Source of the DNA: a virus
Strand: one strand, 5' to 3'
IMG/VR virus record: IMGVR_UViG_3300042691_027063
Coordinates: 1 to 64,000 of that record
DNA: 64,000 bases
The position numbers were made by a program, and so were the translations under genes. The notes beneath the pieces are model-generated. The model saw only the letters and a list, made by a program, of their open reading frames with translations, did not search any database and was not told the DNA's origin. This document shows positions 20,763 through 30,539 of the stretch, in pieces (position 1 is the stretch's first letter; each line of letters opens with the position of its first letter).

Positions 20763-22810
20763 TGGATGAGCTTAAAGATGAAGACATTGTTAGCGAAAGT
20801 GCAGCTGATGTATTATCAGACGATGATATTATTGCTGAATCTGAGCCGTCTTTTTTAGGAAAAGCTAGAGAAGTTGCACAAGAAGTTGCGGATAGCTCCG
20901 CGATTGAAAGTGCTCTTGACTTTTCTCGTGGAGTAGCTGGTGGCTTAACAATGAATGCTCTCGATGAGATCGGCGGGGCATTGGGTGCTGGTATTGAAAA
21001 GGGTATTGGTGCTCTTGGATTTGGTCCGGCTGCAGTAGATGCTCAGCTCAAAGCTCAAGGATTTACTGGGGATGTCGATAAATCATTTCTAGATACATAT
21101 CGCGAATATCAAAAGGGAATCGAATCTGAGATGAAAAAATCAGAGGAGCGATCTCCTTATCTTTCTATGGCAGGTCAAATTGCTGGTGGTGTAACTTCTG
21201 GTGTTGCTGCTGGTCAATTACTTGGTATTGGTGGTCAAGCTCAAAAATTAAAATCAATTTCAGATATTGCTCGTGATTCTGGTAAAGCTAAAGCCGCTAT
21301 GGAACTCCTTACTAGGGGAGCTACAACATATGCTAAATCCGCACCTCTTATTGCTGCAGAATCTGCTCTAACTTCCGAGGAGGCACTCCTGGGTGAAGGA
21401 GCTAGACCTATGGAACTAGCTAAAGATGTTGCTGGTGGTCTGGCATTTGGTTTACCTGCTATTATTGGCGGTCAGGCTGTTTCTGATGTAATTGCTCCTG
21501 CTGCCGGTCAAAAACTTGAAAAAGTTAGTCAAAGAGTTAATGAATTTGTAGAAGAATCTCCGTTGCTCCGACAAATGGGAATTGCTTATAAAAAGTATGG
21601 TCAGGAGGCTAAGGTCAGTCCTAGATCAGAAAAGGCTATTTTTGAAGGAGTTAAAGAGATTGAACAAGGAACTCCTTTTTCGCAAATTAACTTAAAACGA
21701 GCCACTGGTATCTCTGATAAAATTTTAAAAGCTGATAAAGAACTTGGTAAGCTTGTTGGGGATAGTTTGGACGAAGCATCTGCTGCTGGAATTAGAGTCG
21801 ATGCTGGAGATATTAGGCTTGGTGTTATAGATGACATTAAGACAGTAATGCAAGATTTGCCGGGAATTTTAGAAGATAAAAACTTCAATTCGTCAATTGG
21901 TAAAATACTTAATAGAAATTTAGACAATGCTAGCCCTAGAGAAATTAAGGCAGCAATCGATGATATTTCTAATACAATAGACAGAATTTCATCTTATAAA
22001 TATGCAACCCCAGAAATGGAAGAAGCTCCTAAGATTTTAAGAAAAATGCGAGCAGCTTTAGATCAAAGACTTAAGGACAGTGTTCCTTCTTATAAAGATG
22101 CTGCTGAAAGATTTTCTCAATTCCGTCGTTCTTATATTGAACAAGCAATTGCCGGTCCAAAAGACCCAGGGGTTGAAGATATTCTTTATGGTGATCTTAA
22201 AAAAGGTCAGTCTAAGCTTATCTCAGCATATGAGGACTTAGTAAGCAAAACTACCGCAGATGCTCAGTCAAATGAAGCCACCGAGGCTGCTTTTTCTAAA
22301 TTAAAAGAAGCAACAAAGCAATTTGAACAGTCAGAGCTAGCTAGACTTCAAGCTGGAAAGGCTAAGTCTCCAGTTATGCCTGGAGCAGACCAGTTCATGA
22401 AAGAGATCAGAGATGCCGCAGATGATGCAGCTGTGCGTCGTATGACTCGTAAAACACAGGAATCCCAAGGTGGATTGAATATTGGTGTTAAAGACGTTGT
22501 TGGCGTTGCCCAAACTGGTCGTGGAGCACTTTTAACTGCAGCAAATCTTGCCGGAAGAGCAACCGTAACACCAGCTGCTAAAGGTATTGCTAGGAAAACA
22601 AGAGCGATCTATAATGCTCCAGTAGAGACTTTACAAGGTCTTGCTGCAAAACTAGAGAAAGTTCCTGGTCTTAAAATGTACGGTAGGGCTCTTATGGATG
22701 GACTCGCTTCTGGTGATACGGCAAAAAGAAATGCTGCTTTATTTACAATTATGCAAAATCCTAACGCACGAGCATTGGTCGAGGCAGAGGATGAAGAACC
22801 TACTGAATAA
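20762..22810 (+). CDS. Probable internal virion / ejection protein
   Basis: RGVAGGLTMNALDEIGG...PYLSMAGQIAGG segment typical of DNA-transfer proteins; helical Ala-rich body. Confidence 0.6.
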   Translation: MDELKDEDIVSESAADVLSDDDIIAESEPSFLGKAREVAQEVADSSAIESALDFSRGVAGGLTMNALDEIGGALGAGIEKGIGALGFGPAAVDAQLKAQGFTGDVDKSFLDTYREYQKGIESEMKKSEERSPYLSMAGQIAGGVTSGVAAGQLLGIGGQAQKLKSISDIARDSGKAKAAMELLTRGATTYAKSAPLIAAESALTSEEALLGEGARPMELAKDVAGGLAFGLPAIIGGQAVSDVIAPAAGQKLEKVSQRVNEFVEESPLLRQMGIAYKKYGQEAKVSPRSEKAIFEGVKEIEQGTPFSQINLKRATGISDKILKADKELGKLVGDSLDEASAAGIRVDAGDIRLGVIDDIKTVMQDLPGILEDKNFNSSIGKILNRNLDNASPREIKAAIDDISNTIDRISSYKYATPEMEEAPKILRKMRAALDQRLKDSVPSYKDAAERFSQFRRSYIEQAIAGPKDPGVEDILYGDLKKGQSKLISAYEDLVSKTTADAQSNEATEAAFSKLKEATKQFEQSELARLQAGKAKSPVMPGADQFMKEIRDAADDAAVRRMTRKTQESQGGLNIGVKDVVGVAQTGRGALLTAANLAGRATVTPAAKGIARKTRAIYNAPVETLQGLAAKLEKVPGLKMYGRALMDGLASGDTAKRNAALFTIMQNPNARALVEAEDEEPTE

Positions 22811-23216
22811 AATTGGGAGCTTAGATGTGAAAGATTTTCTTGTTGGATTTATTGTTTCAACCGCAGCAATATTCGCACCAATCAAAGCTGTACTATTAGT
22901 TACGGGTCTCCTTATATTTGCCGATCTAATTACTGGAATTTTGGCAGCAAGAAAGAAAGGTCAAAAGATAACATCTGCCGGTCTCCGTCGTACTGTTACA
23001 AAAGTATGTGTTTATAATGTCGCAATTATGGTTGGTTTCTTGGCTGAAACATATATGCTAGAAGGCTTCATTCCTATTTCAAAAATTGCATCTGGTTTGA
23101 TAGCGGTTGTTGAACTTGCTAGCCTTTATGAAAATTTAAACGTAATTCACGGTAGTAATATATTCAAAGAGTTAATTGAAAGACTCGGCTCAGTTAATGA
23201 TAAACGAGATGAGTAA
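22791..23216 (+). CDS. Holin (toxin-secretion/phage lysis holin type)
   Basis: GAGG RBS before the ATG at 22791; several hydrophobic segments; DLITG...S.GLRR...K...E..S..EN signature. Confidence 0.75.
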   Translation: MKNLLNKIGSLDVKDFLVGFIVSTAAIFAPIKAVLLVTGLLIFADLITGILAARKKGQKITSAGLRRTVTKVCVYNVAIMVGFLAETYMLEGFIPISKIASGLIAVVELASLYENLNVIHGSNIFKELIERLGSVNDKRDE

Positions 23217-24094
23217 TGGAAGATAACAAGAAAAATCTAAAAGATGCTATTTCTAAAATTATCAAGAATGCTCAGTCCGGTGAATTCGGACTAGAGGGCA
23301 TTTCTCCTAGAACTGGTAACTTCATAGATGACGCTTATATTGCAAATAATCTTCAAGAAAGAGCTCTAGGTGAGCTTATGTTGGAACAATACAAAGGTAA
23401 AGTTCCAGGAAAGAAAACAAGTCTAAATGAGCTAAGAGATTTTGCTGAAGGGCTAAGAGAGCAATTCTCTCCAGATGTTAAGTCACTAATCCAAATACAG
23501 CCAGAATACGATACAATGGGGTCTTTTACTCCATCTAAAGATTTAATTGAGCTTAAAGCACGACAATCCCCACAGGATTTTGCCAGTACTTTAGCTCACG
23601 AAGCTTTACATAGTCGTGATTTAAGAAATAAAGATTATGGTGACTTAGTTAGTGTTGAGCCGGGACAAAGAACAAATAAAGCTTTACGTGCTTTGGAAGG
23701 TGCTTCTGACCTAGTAGATGAGACTGGTAAGGTTCTTGATCCAAAAAAGATGAGAGAGTTGGTTAGTTCGGCAGATATCAATGATATTAAAGAAGCTCTA
23801 CTTAAAGGTCACCACGGATTAAAAAGAGGAGCAACAATTGCTCAAGCTAATCTTCCGCGTATTCTCAAGGGGTTGCCTCTGAAAAGTATTGTTGGTGTTT
23901 TGGGTGGGGCGGCTTCTTTGGCTGCCGAAGCTGCGGATTCTGAAGAAGAAGGTAGTGCTTCAGAACAAGCTGCATTACTTCGTGAGATTGACGCTCAAAA
24001 ACAAATGAAGAAAATAGAAGAATCTACTTCTGTACCAAATGAAGTTAAGTTAAAAGCTCTTGAGTTATTCAAAAAGAACAAGCTTCCATTCTAA
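23216..24094 (+). CDS. Hypothetical protein with zincin-like HExxH motif
   Basis: MGSF...LIEL...STLAHEALHS; last gene of the + strand block. Confidence 0.5.
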   Translation: MEDNKKNLKDAISKIIKNAQSGEFGLEGISPRTGNFIDDAYIANNLQERALGELMLEQYKGKVPGKKTSLNELRDFAEGLREQFSPDVKSLIQIQPEYDTMGSFTPSKDLIELKARQSPQDFASTLAHEALHSRDLRNKDYGDLVSVEPGQRTNKALRALEGASDLVDETGKVLDPKKMRELVSSADINDIKEALLKGHHGLKRGATIAQANLPRILKGLPLKSIVGVLGGAASLAAEAADSEEEGSASEQAALLREIDAQKQMKKIEESTSVPNEVKLKALELFKKNKLPF

Positions 24095-24519
24095 AGTTCT
24101 TCGATAACCTCAGAATCATCTTCATCGTCCTCATTGTATTCTCCTGCTCCGTAAATGTATGCTTCTAATTCAGCATCGCTTCCTGCGTAATTAAGCGCGC
24201 CCTCTGCCTTCTCTCTTGTGTATATACAACGATTCCTTGAATTGTTTCTGTCAGTAATGCTTTTCTTTAACTCTGGGGTGTTATGCATGTTGTTTTTAAG
24301 GTTATTAGCGTCATACTTTGCGTTATTGTATTCATCCATAAACTTAGCAAGCCAGAGCTTTTCTTCGTTTGTTAGCTTGTGTAAATAACTATTAACATCC
24401 TCAATGTCTTCTTGGCGACGAGACATATTCTCAGTAGGTCTGAGTGATGCTAGTGGGTCTCTCCATCCGCGTTTAGCTTTAGCTTTTTTTCTTGTTCCGC
24501 CGCGCTTCAATGATGTCAT
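24091..24519 (-). CDS. Hypothetical protein
   Basis: ORF track; its stop codon overlaps the convergent + strand stop. Confidence 0.6.
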   Translation of the reverse strand: MTSLKRGGTRKKAKAKRGWRDPLASLRPTENMSRRQEDIEDVNSYLHKLTNEEKLWLAKFMDEYNNAKYDANNLKNNMHNTPELKKSITDRNNSRNRCIYTREKAEGALNYAGSDAELEAYIYGAGEYNEDDEDDSEVIEEL

Positions 24520-25165
24520 TTACTTGTTCCTCAGTAAAGTAGTTCTTTGATTCTTCATTAACCGAAAACCAAAGAGATCGGTTGCTATTGATTCGTTTAT
24601 GTTTAAAATTCTCCCTTAGCATTTGTATAAATGACTCGTAGGAGAATGCAGGTCTTTTATGTCTTTCACGACAAAAATCCTTATAAATCTCATATATAAC
24701 AAATCCAGGAACCCAAGCTTTACCTTTTCTAACATTCTTGGTTTCACAAAAAGTCATGAATCTGTTTTGATAGGTTTTAGACTTTGTTTTCTGTACTTTA
24801 TGTTCTGTAAATAATTTAAATATGTGATTTGATAGGGCAAATTGATCTTGGTTTATTTTATAAAAATTACCAGAATAGTTTCGGTAATGTCCTAAAAAAT
24901 TCCCAACAATTCTCTGAAAGGTTAATTCGTTCACTGGATCGTCAACGTGTCTTCTATAAAGCTTATATAGTAGTTTTTTTGATACAGTAAAATCACCTGG
25001 GATTATATTATAGTGCGACAAAAAAGGAACGACATTGTTTTCGTATTCCAGAATCTCTTCTGCTACGGTTTTTTCATCTACAAGTTCAATCTCTTCGCTT
25101 TCCATTGCAGCGACAAGTTCCTCGTAGGACATTTGACTTGGGAGTGTTTTTTTATTCTCAGACAT
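24479..25165 (-). CDS. Protein with two tandem winged-helix-like repeats (D5/P4-primase C-terminal type)
   Basis: Two repeats F.......G...V....LY..Y...  (FLSHYNIIPGDFTVSKKLLYKLY / FCETKNVRKGKAWVPGFVIYEIYKDFC); start reset to MSENKK. Confidence 0.45.
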   Translation of the reverse strand: MSENKKTLPSQMSYEELVAAMESEEIELVDEKTVAEEILEYENNVVPFLSHYNIIPGDFTVSKKLLYKLYRRHVDDPVNELTFQRIVGNFLGHYRNYSGNFYKINQDQFALSNHIFKLFTEHKVQKTKSKTYQNRFMTFCETKNVRKGKAWVPGFVIYEIYKDFCRERHKRPAFSYESFIQMLRENFKHKRINSNRSLWFSVNEESKNYFTEEQVNDIIEARRNKKKS

Positions 25166-25632
25166 TATCTTGATAAAGCCCCCGCACCATATACTGCAGC
25201 ACCTGTAACTATAACTCCTAGACCGAACCAAATATATTGCATTTTATCTGAGTTATTACGAACTTTAACAAGTCTTTCATTTTGTTGTCTATATAGCTCT
25301 AGTTCTTCATCTTTTAGCTTTATCATCGTTTTATGAAGCTTAAGCTGCTCTTCCTTAGAGTCAAGAATAATCTTTGTTTTATCTAATTCTAGAAGCTCTA
25401 CACGAACTTCCCTTGCCTTCTTTTCAGAAAACAAAAGCCCCGTAAATGGAGCTTCTGTTCCTTTCTTAATTTCAATAACATCTTGAGCTAAGCTATTTTG
25501 GCTTGTTACGACTATCAAAAAAGTCAACAAGGTCAGAATTACTGACTGGCTTAGCTTGTTCTTTTGTGATTTCTGCAACATCTTCTTTTTCCTGTTTAAT
25601 GACATTATTAATATCTTCTTTAATATTATCAA
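25165..25632 (-). CDS. Secreted/membrane coiled-coil protein (spanin-like; true start probably ~25530-25560)
   Basis: Signal-like segment, KGTEAPFTGLL motif, coiled coil, C-terminal transmembrane segment. Confidence 0.45.
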   Translation of the reverse strand: MIILKKILIMSLNRKKKMLQKSQKNKLSQSVILTLLTFLIVVTSQNSLAQDVIEIKKGTEAPFTGLLFSEKKAREVRVELLELDKTKIILDSKEEQLKLHKTMIKLKDEELELYRQQNERLVKVRNNSDKMQYIWFGLGVIVTGAAVYGAGALSR

Positions 25633-25759
25633 TCTTTGTGTTAATTACAGCACTTTTAATTTCTAGATTCTTTTGTCCATCATCCGCTTTCTTTTTTAGA
25701 AACTTAGAATATATTAAAACACCTAAAACGGCAGATAGACTCGCTATAATAATTTCCAT
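25493..25759 (-). CDS. N-terminally anchored coiled-coil membrane protein
   Basis: GAGGAG RBS; MEIIIASLSAVLGVLIY transmembrane segment followed by a coiled coil. Confidence 0.55.
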   Translation of the reverse strand: MEIIIASLSAVLGVLIYSKFLKKKADDGQKNLEIKSAVINTKIDNIKEDINNVIKQEKEDVAEITKEQAKPVSNSDLVDFFDSRNKPK

Positions 25760-25786
25760 TATATTACTCCTCAGTAGGTTTGTCAA
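25758..25786 (-). promoter_or_regulatory. sigma70-type promoter
   Basis: TTGACA-17 bp-TATAAT, perfect consensus. Confidence 0.65.
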
Positions 25787-26183
25787 GTTTTTTCTTGGAC
25801 TTTTTCTCTTTTTTAAAGTCGTGATATTCTTCTTTTTCTGATTTATAGAATTGACGCATTTCGTCTTCTAATCGAGTTTTGGCATCGTGACAAGCTACAC
25901 AAATTGCAGAAAATCCGTCCACATCACAAAATAGACGTTCAATATAATCATCGAAAGTAGTGAATCCTTTTTTGGGATCAACCACTGGAATTTTATGATC
26001 TAGTTGGATTTCTTTAGGTCCAAAGATTTCTTCACAAATTTCACATTTGTATTTACCACGCTCAACCCTGGCTCGAACCATTGCTTCGTTTCTAGGTCTC
26101 CAACGGAAAGAAGCAGAGCGAAGAACCCCCTTAACCCAAGTATTTCTATTAATCTTCTTTGACTTTTTTGGCTTATCACTCAT
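25764..26183 (-). CDS. HNH endonuclease with Zn-binding cysteines
   Basis: CEIC...QLDHKIPV...CVACHDAKT; start reset to MSDKPKK. Confidence 0.8.
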   Translation of the reverse strand: MSDKPKKSKKINRNTWVKGVLRSASFRWRPRNEAMVRARVERGKYKCEICEEIFGPKEIQLDHKIPVVDPKKGFTTFDDYIERLFCDVDGFSAICVACHDAKTRLEDEMRQFYKSEKEEYHDFKKEKKSKKKLDKPTEE

Positions 26184-26385
26184 TGTTAGCTCCATATATT
26201 GCAAACGAAACTGCAATACTGAATGATAATATAAGAGGCGATAAATAAACAAGGAACCCAAATGGTGCTGGTAAATCATAGGAAAGTGGAATGAGTGCTT
26301 TCATAGAATATGCGGTGAATGTAATTAAAATTGTAACTACACATACAAAGCCAAAAACCTTTAAGAATGTTTTTAAATATGTCAC
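26176..26385 (-). CDS. Small two-TM membrane protein
   Basis: Two hydrophobic segments. Confidence 0.5.
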   Translation of the reverse strand: MTYLKTFLKVFGFVCVVTILITFTAYSMKALIPLSYDLPAPFGFLVYLSPLILSFSIAVSFAIYGANNE

Positions 26386-26654
26386 TTTTTACTCCTTACA
26401 TTTCTATATCCACAACCCTTAGAACACAAATCTAAAGTTCCGTGTGGTAGTTCTGTTGATTTAACTTCGGCTCCACAATCAGGACATTCTTTTTTAATTT
26501 CAACTTTTTTAACTTTCTTTTCTTGTTGTGGCTCTTTTAGCTTTTCTAATTCTTTTTTAAGTCTTTTTATTTCAATTTCGTATGTATTGCATTTATCTTT
26601 TAATTCTTGAACCTGTCTTTTTAAAGCATATTCGCGATCGCTTGGTCTAGCCAC
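26382..26654 (-). CDS. Coiled-coil plus Zn-ribbon protein
   Basis: CPDCG...CSKGCGY. Confidence 0.6.
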   Translation of the reverse strand: MARPSDREYALKRQVQELKDKCNTYEIEIKRLKKELEKLKEPQQEKKVKKVEIKKECPDCGAEVKSTELPHGTLDLCSKGCGYRNVRSKK

Positions 26655-26663
26655 AATGCTCCT

Positions 26664-27089
26664 TTATTTACCAGTACTACCAAATCCTTTGTCACCTCTT
26701 TCTGTGGTAACTTCAAAATCATTCACTTCTTCAAATGGATATTGCCAAACCTCACAAAATACCCCCTGTGCAATACGGTCGCCCTTTTTGATATGATACG
26801 GGGTATGTCCAATGTTGTCAAGAATAATCTTAACCTCCCCCAAATAATCACAATCAATAGTTCCTGGGGAATTAGCCACTCGAATCTTTGTCTTTGCTGA
26901 CATTCCTGACCTTGGACGAACTTGTAGTTCTAGTCCAGCTGGAATTTGAAAAGCTAGTCCAGTTTCAACAATTTCAGTTTCACCTGGCATAACAATTACA
27001 TCTTTAACTGCATGAAAATCAAAGCCAGCTGCTCCAGATGTTTGATATTTTGGAATAATTGCATTTTCGTGTAATTTTTTAATTTTCAT
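26664..27089 (-). CDS. dut: Trimeric dUTPase
   Basis: All five motifs: AAGFDF, RPRSG, GTIDCDYLGE, RIAQ, RGDKGFGSTG. Confidence 0.95.
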   Translation of the reverse strand: MKIKKLHENAIIPKYQTSGAAGFDFHAVKDVIVMPGETEIVETGLAFQIPAGLELQVRPRSGMSAKTKIRVANSPGTIDCDYLGEVKIILDNIGHTPYHIKKGDRIAQGVFCEVWQYPFEEVNDFEVTTERGDKGFGSTGK

Positions 27090-27167
27090 TTCTCACCTAG
27101 ATATTCTTTTCTGTATGGGCACTGTGGGTTATTACAACATTTAAATGGACCACAAAATGGACATTTA

Positions 27168-27848
27168 TTAATATTCATATTTGAATTTACCCTTACCAGT
27201 TAAATCATTTTCTCTTGATTTATACCACAAAGTAACTTCATTTTGGAATACATGTAAAGCTTCTGTATTATGAAAAATTACGTCATATTCGTCGTCCTCT
27301 CCTGTATTCTCAGAAGAATGGTCTTCTTCTTTATCTACACTTGGACGCTTAATAAGACACATAATTGCACCGGCTTTAGAAAACACATCTCTTTCATTTT
27401 GGAATCGAACATCAGTAATAACAACATTACATTTTAGCTCAGCAATTTTATTCATAGCTAACGCAATCCAAATATCTTCTCTTACATTTTCCCTTAAGAG
27501 TTCTGTTCCAACAAGCTTTAGAATATCTCTAGGTGTTTCAAATTCTTCTCCAAAGTATTCTTCCATTCTTTCTCTGGCAGGATAGCTGATTTCAAATCCC
27601 CATTCTTGTTCGACAATTTCTCTAATTTTATCAACATGATGAAAGTCTAGGGTAATATTGTAATCGAGTTCTTTATCTTTTTTTGATTGATCCAGAAAGT
27701 CATTGTATGGAATTTTAAAAACGCGACTACACAAATCTCTTAGAGGATCAGCTAAAGCGATTCGAACGAATCCATGATTTTTAACTAGAACGTTTCCTGC
27801 AGTGTCTTTACCACTACCAGCTTTACCAGAAAAACAGACAACATTCAT
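27168..27848 (-). CDS. Deoxynucleoside monophosphate kinase
   Basis: P-loop GKAGSGKDT, ALADPLR, TPRDILKLVGTE..R, ITDVRFQNE, HSSE. Confidence 0.9.
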   Translation of the reverse strand: MNVVCFSGKAGSGKDTAGNVLVKNHGFVRIALADPLRDLCSRVFKIPYNDFLDQSKKDKELDYNITLDFHHVDKIREIVEQEWGFEISYPARERMEEYFGEEFETPRDILKLVGTELLRENVREDIWIALAMNKIAELKCNVVITDVRFQNERDVFSKAGAIMCLIKRPSVDKEEDHSSENTGEDDEYDVIFHNTEALHVFQNEVTLWYKSRENDLTGKGKFKYEY

Positions 27849-27887
27849 TACTCCCCCTTTGAATCAGCTTTGACAAGATACACGATC

Positions 27888-27916
27888 ATTATACAGAATA
27901 GTAGTGTGGTTGTCAA
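27888..27916 (-). promoter_or_regulatory. sigma70-type promoter upstream of the dNMP kinase
   Basis: TTGACA-17 bp-TATAAT, perfect consensus. Confidence 0.7.
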
Positions 27917-27992
27917 TCCAAATCCAAAAAGAATGTCATGCTTTTCGTATTCTTGTTTTTGTAATTCTGTTGTTTCTTTTATTAAAGTCATT

Positions 27993-28328
27993 CTAGTCAT
28001 TTGAAAAAAACTTCTCCGCTATTTGGTCTGACCACAAAACAATCTCTGGGGTGTGATATCCGATGATACTACAAAGAGTTTCCTCTACTTGATCTGGAGT
28101 TAAATCACTACTTGCAGTCAATGACATATGGTATAAAACATGTCCTAGTTCGTGTCTAATGTCAATAATTGACCAATCTGACTTACGAAAATGACATTCG
28201 TATGAATAAGGGATTGTGATTGCTGGTCTGTCTGATCCGTCAGAGTTATGCAATCTATTAAATTTTCGATCAGTCATTAGAATAAACTTCCAATTCCTTC
28301 CTTTAATAGGCACTACGATTTCTTTCAT
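27993..28328 (-). CDS. Small HExxH metalloprotein
   Basis: IRHELGH followed by EETLC. Confidence 0.55.
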   Translation of the reverse strand: MKEIVVPIKGRNWKFILMTDRKFNRLHNSDGSDRPAITIPYSYECHFRKSDWSIIDIRHELGHVLYHMSLTASSDLTPDQVEETLCSIIGYHTPEIVLWSDQIAEKFFSND

Positions 28329-28331
28329 ATG

Positions 28332-29288
28332 TTACACCTTCATTGACTTTCTTTTTTCTTTAGTCAACAGATTTTCAGTGTCACGATGTTCTTTTCCGCA
28401 AATTACACACACATGTTTTTTATATTTAGCTCGGTTTGTATAATGGAAGCCAGCTTCTTTAAACTCGCTAGAACCGCAGCTACATCGAGAAATAAAGTCA
28501 TTATTATACACATTAAAGTTAATTGTCTTGTCCCAAGGAGCGAGCTTTGTGTATAATTCTTCGAGACTAAGAACATCGTATTTATTATATTCTTCCATTT
28601 CTTTCCATGCTTCTAAATTTCCAACCATACACTCTTTCCACAGGCTGAATCCTTCAAACTTTTTATGCTTGGACTTTTTGTATTTAACACAAAGTTTATC
28701 AGTCATATACTCTAGCTTATTGCTTGTAAACCCGAATCGAGCTCTAGCAATTCTGGCTGTGTCAATGTGACGAAAGCTACTTGGAGGTGGGAATCCGTGC
28801 TGAATAAAACGAGCATTTAGCTTTGGGATATCAAATTTAATGCCGTTTTGTGTAAGAACGATATCTGCTTCATCTAGTAAGTCCCAGATAACTCTTAAGA
28901 TTTTAGAGTCATCTTCGATATTTTTTTCGTTACGCTGGTCCATATACATAACTTGATCTTCTGGGGAGCCAAGCCATTTTGCTGACCAGCTAAGGATATA
29001 CCAATCGCTGTGTAATTGATTTAAAGCTACGTTATTCTCCCAAAGTGACCAGACATAGCCGAGCATTGGTGCTGTTTCAATGTCTAGTAGTAGAATCTTA
29101 GGACCAGTTACTGCGTTTGTTTCGCCTTCTTCTTTACGAGATTCCCGATAATACGCTTTTCTAAGGGCATTTGCTGTCATTCCCTTGAAATTCTTGGCGA
29201 TTTCATTCCAGGTATGACCTTCTAGCCTAAGTGCGAACAAAAGCTCTAACTGTTCTTTTGTTAGCTTATTTTTCTTAGTTTTTATCAT
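28332..29288 (-). CDS. RNase H-fold (DnaQ/YprB-like) 3'-5' exonuclease with N-terminal HTH and C-terminal Zn ribbon
   Basis: LLDIET, QNGIKFDIP, HIDT, NKLEY, YNKYDV; CSCG...CVICG. Confidence 0.85.
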   Translation of the reverse strand: MIKTKKNKLTKEQLELLFALRLEGHTWNEIAKNFKGMTANALRKAYYRESRKEEGETNAVTGPKILLLDIETAPMLGYVWSLWENNVALNQLHSDWYILSWSAKWLGSPEDQVMYMDQRNEKNIEDDSKILRVIWDLLDEADIVLTQNGIKFDIPKLNARFIQHGFPPPSSFRHIDTARIARARFGFTSNKLEYMTDKLCVKYKKSKHKKFEGFSLWKECMVGNLEAWKEMEEYNKYDVLSLEELYTKLAPWDKTINFNVYNNDFISRCSCGSSEFKEAGFHYTNRAKYKKHVCVICGKEHRDTENLLTKEKRKSMKV

Positions 29289-29558
29289 TTAAGAATTCCT
29301 TATATTAAGCGTTACTAAAATTTCTTCTTTCTTTGCAATAACTTGTTGCACATCTTTAAACTCAGTGTAAAGTTCAGAGATGCGTCTTTTAACACTACTA
29401 TACTTTTGGAACTTTGTCAAGTTATTTATTGCAGTTTTTAAACATTTCTCTAATTCTTTTAATGTTTTTATTTCTTTAGAGAGTTCCTCTATTTTCTTTT
29501 TTGCGTTTCTTTCTTCTCTTTTTTGAGCAAGATCGATTACATTCATTCTTTGTCCCAC
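29289..29558 (-). CDS. Coiled-coil hypothetical protein
   Basis: ORF track. Confidence 0.5.
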   Translation of the reverse strand: MGQRMNVIDLAQKREERNAKKKIEELSKEIKTLKELEKCLKTAINNLTKFQKYSSVKRRISELYTEFKDVQQVIAKKEEILVTLNIRNS

Positions 29559-29767
29559 CCATCTTCAATGATAATTGCACTGTCTGCTTGATTAACTACA
29601 AATCCATTCTGAAGAACAAATGTAGGAACAACGCTAATTTTCTTTGATGGTGGCTTAAATCCAGCGGACTCGATTGCATTTAGGATTAACTCTGGAAGTT
29701 GATCTCTTTCAAAGTCGGGATTATCTGTGATATTTTTAATGATTTGAATTGCTTCGCTTTTTTTCAT
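29543..29767 (-). CDS. MKRS...GMLPP...W family small protein, copy 1
   Basis: MKKSEA...IESAGFKPP...GWDKE; paralogous to 30799, 35991 and 36193. Confidence 0.6.
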   Translation of the reverse strand: MKKSEAIQIIKNITDNPDFERDQLPELILNAIESAGFKPPSKKISVVPTFVLQNGFVVNQADSAIIIEDGWDKE

Positions 29768-29991
29768 TCTTTAACCCTTGTAACTTCAATTGCATTATAT
29801 AGAACCTTTTCTTTGTTACCATATAGTACATGCTCACAATCTAAGCCAACGGCTTGATATGGTCCATTTACAAAGTTATCGCAGTAGTAAGTTCCTTGTA
29901 CTGTACGAACCAAATAATCCGATTTAACTTCTGGAGTTGTTGCACAGGAAATTAAAGATAATAAAATTAAATACTTCATATCACCACCCAA
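29764..29991 (-). CDS. Small lipoprotein
   Basis: MKYLILLSLISC lipobox-like signal. Confidence 0.55.
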   Translation of the reverse strand: MGGDMKYLILLSLISCATTPEVKSDYLVRTVQGTYYCDNFVNGPYQAVGLDCEHVLYGNKEKVLYNAIEVTRVKE

Positions 29992-30240
29992 AATAAACTT
30001 TGGCTACATGTCCTAGTATTACAATCATAAAAGGAGCACCCATTGTAGCAACGAATCTTAGAAAGTCAACTCTAAGCTTCCATTTTTCATAGGGTGTCAT
30101 TTGTTCGAAATCTTGTTTGATACACATAAAACATTTAGCCTCGATATCGGTTCAATAAATATTTACATATCTCAAAGTCAATTGGTTTTTTGAGATATAC
30201 ACATTCTTTAACATAATTTCGAAAGGATGTCAAGTATATA

Positions 30241-30438
30241 TTATTCATAAATCCCAATATTGTTTAAACTTCCATCTTCATTGAAGTAAAATTCAGCAAC
30301 AAATCCGATATATCCACTGACTTTCCCATTATTATCACTTATTGTAATAATTTTTCTATCACCTTCTTCGGTGATTTTAGGTATATATCCTATTGAAACA
30401 AGCATTTCTGTTAAATTATCAAGATGTGTTTTATTCAT
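30241..30438 (-). CDS. Hypothetical protein
   Basis: ORF track; AGGA RBS immediately after RNA motif copy A. Confidence 0.55.
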   Translation of the reverse strand: MNKTHLDNLTEMLVSIGYIPKITEEGDRKIITISDNNGKVSGYIGFVAEFYFNEDGSLNNIGIYE

Positions 30439-30455
30439 ATTTTTTCTTCCTAAGT

Positions 30456-30539
30456 AAAAAGCGAGCCGCTACCTCACAACTTCTACAGCTAACCCCCTAC
30501 GTCGTCATGCAACTTCAAGGTCTATAAGGTATGTGACAC
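30456..30539 (-). ncRNA. Unassigned repeated RNA motif, copy A
   Basis: GUGUCACAUACC-46 nt hairpin insert-AGUUGUGAGGU-AGCG GCU CGCU-UUUU. Confidence 0.65.
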
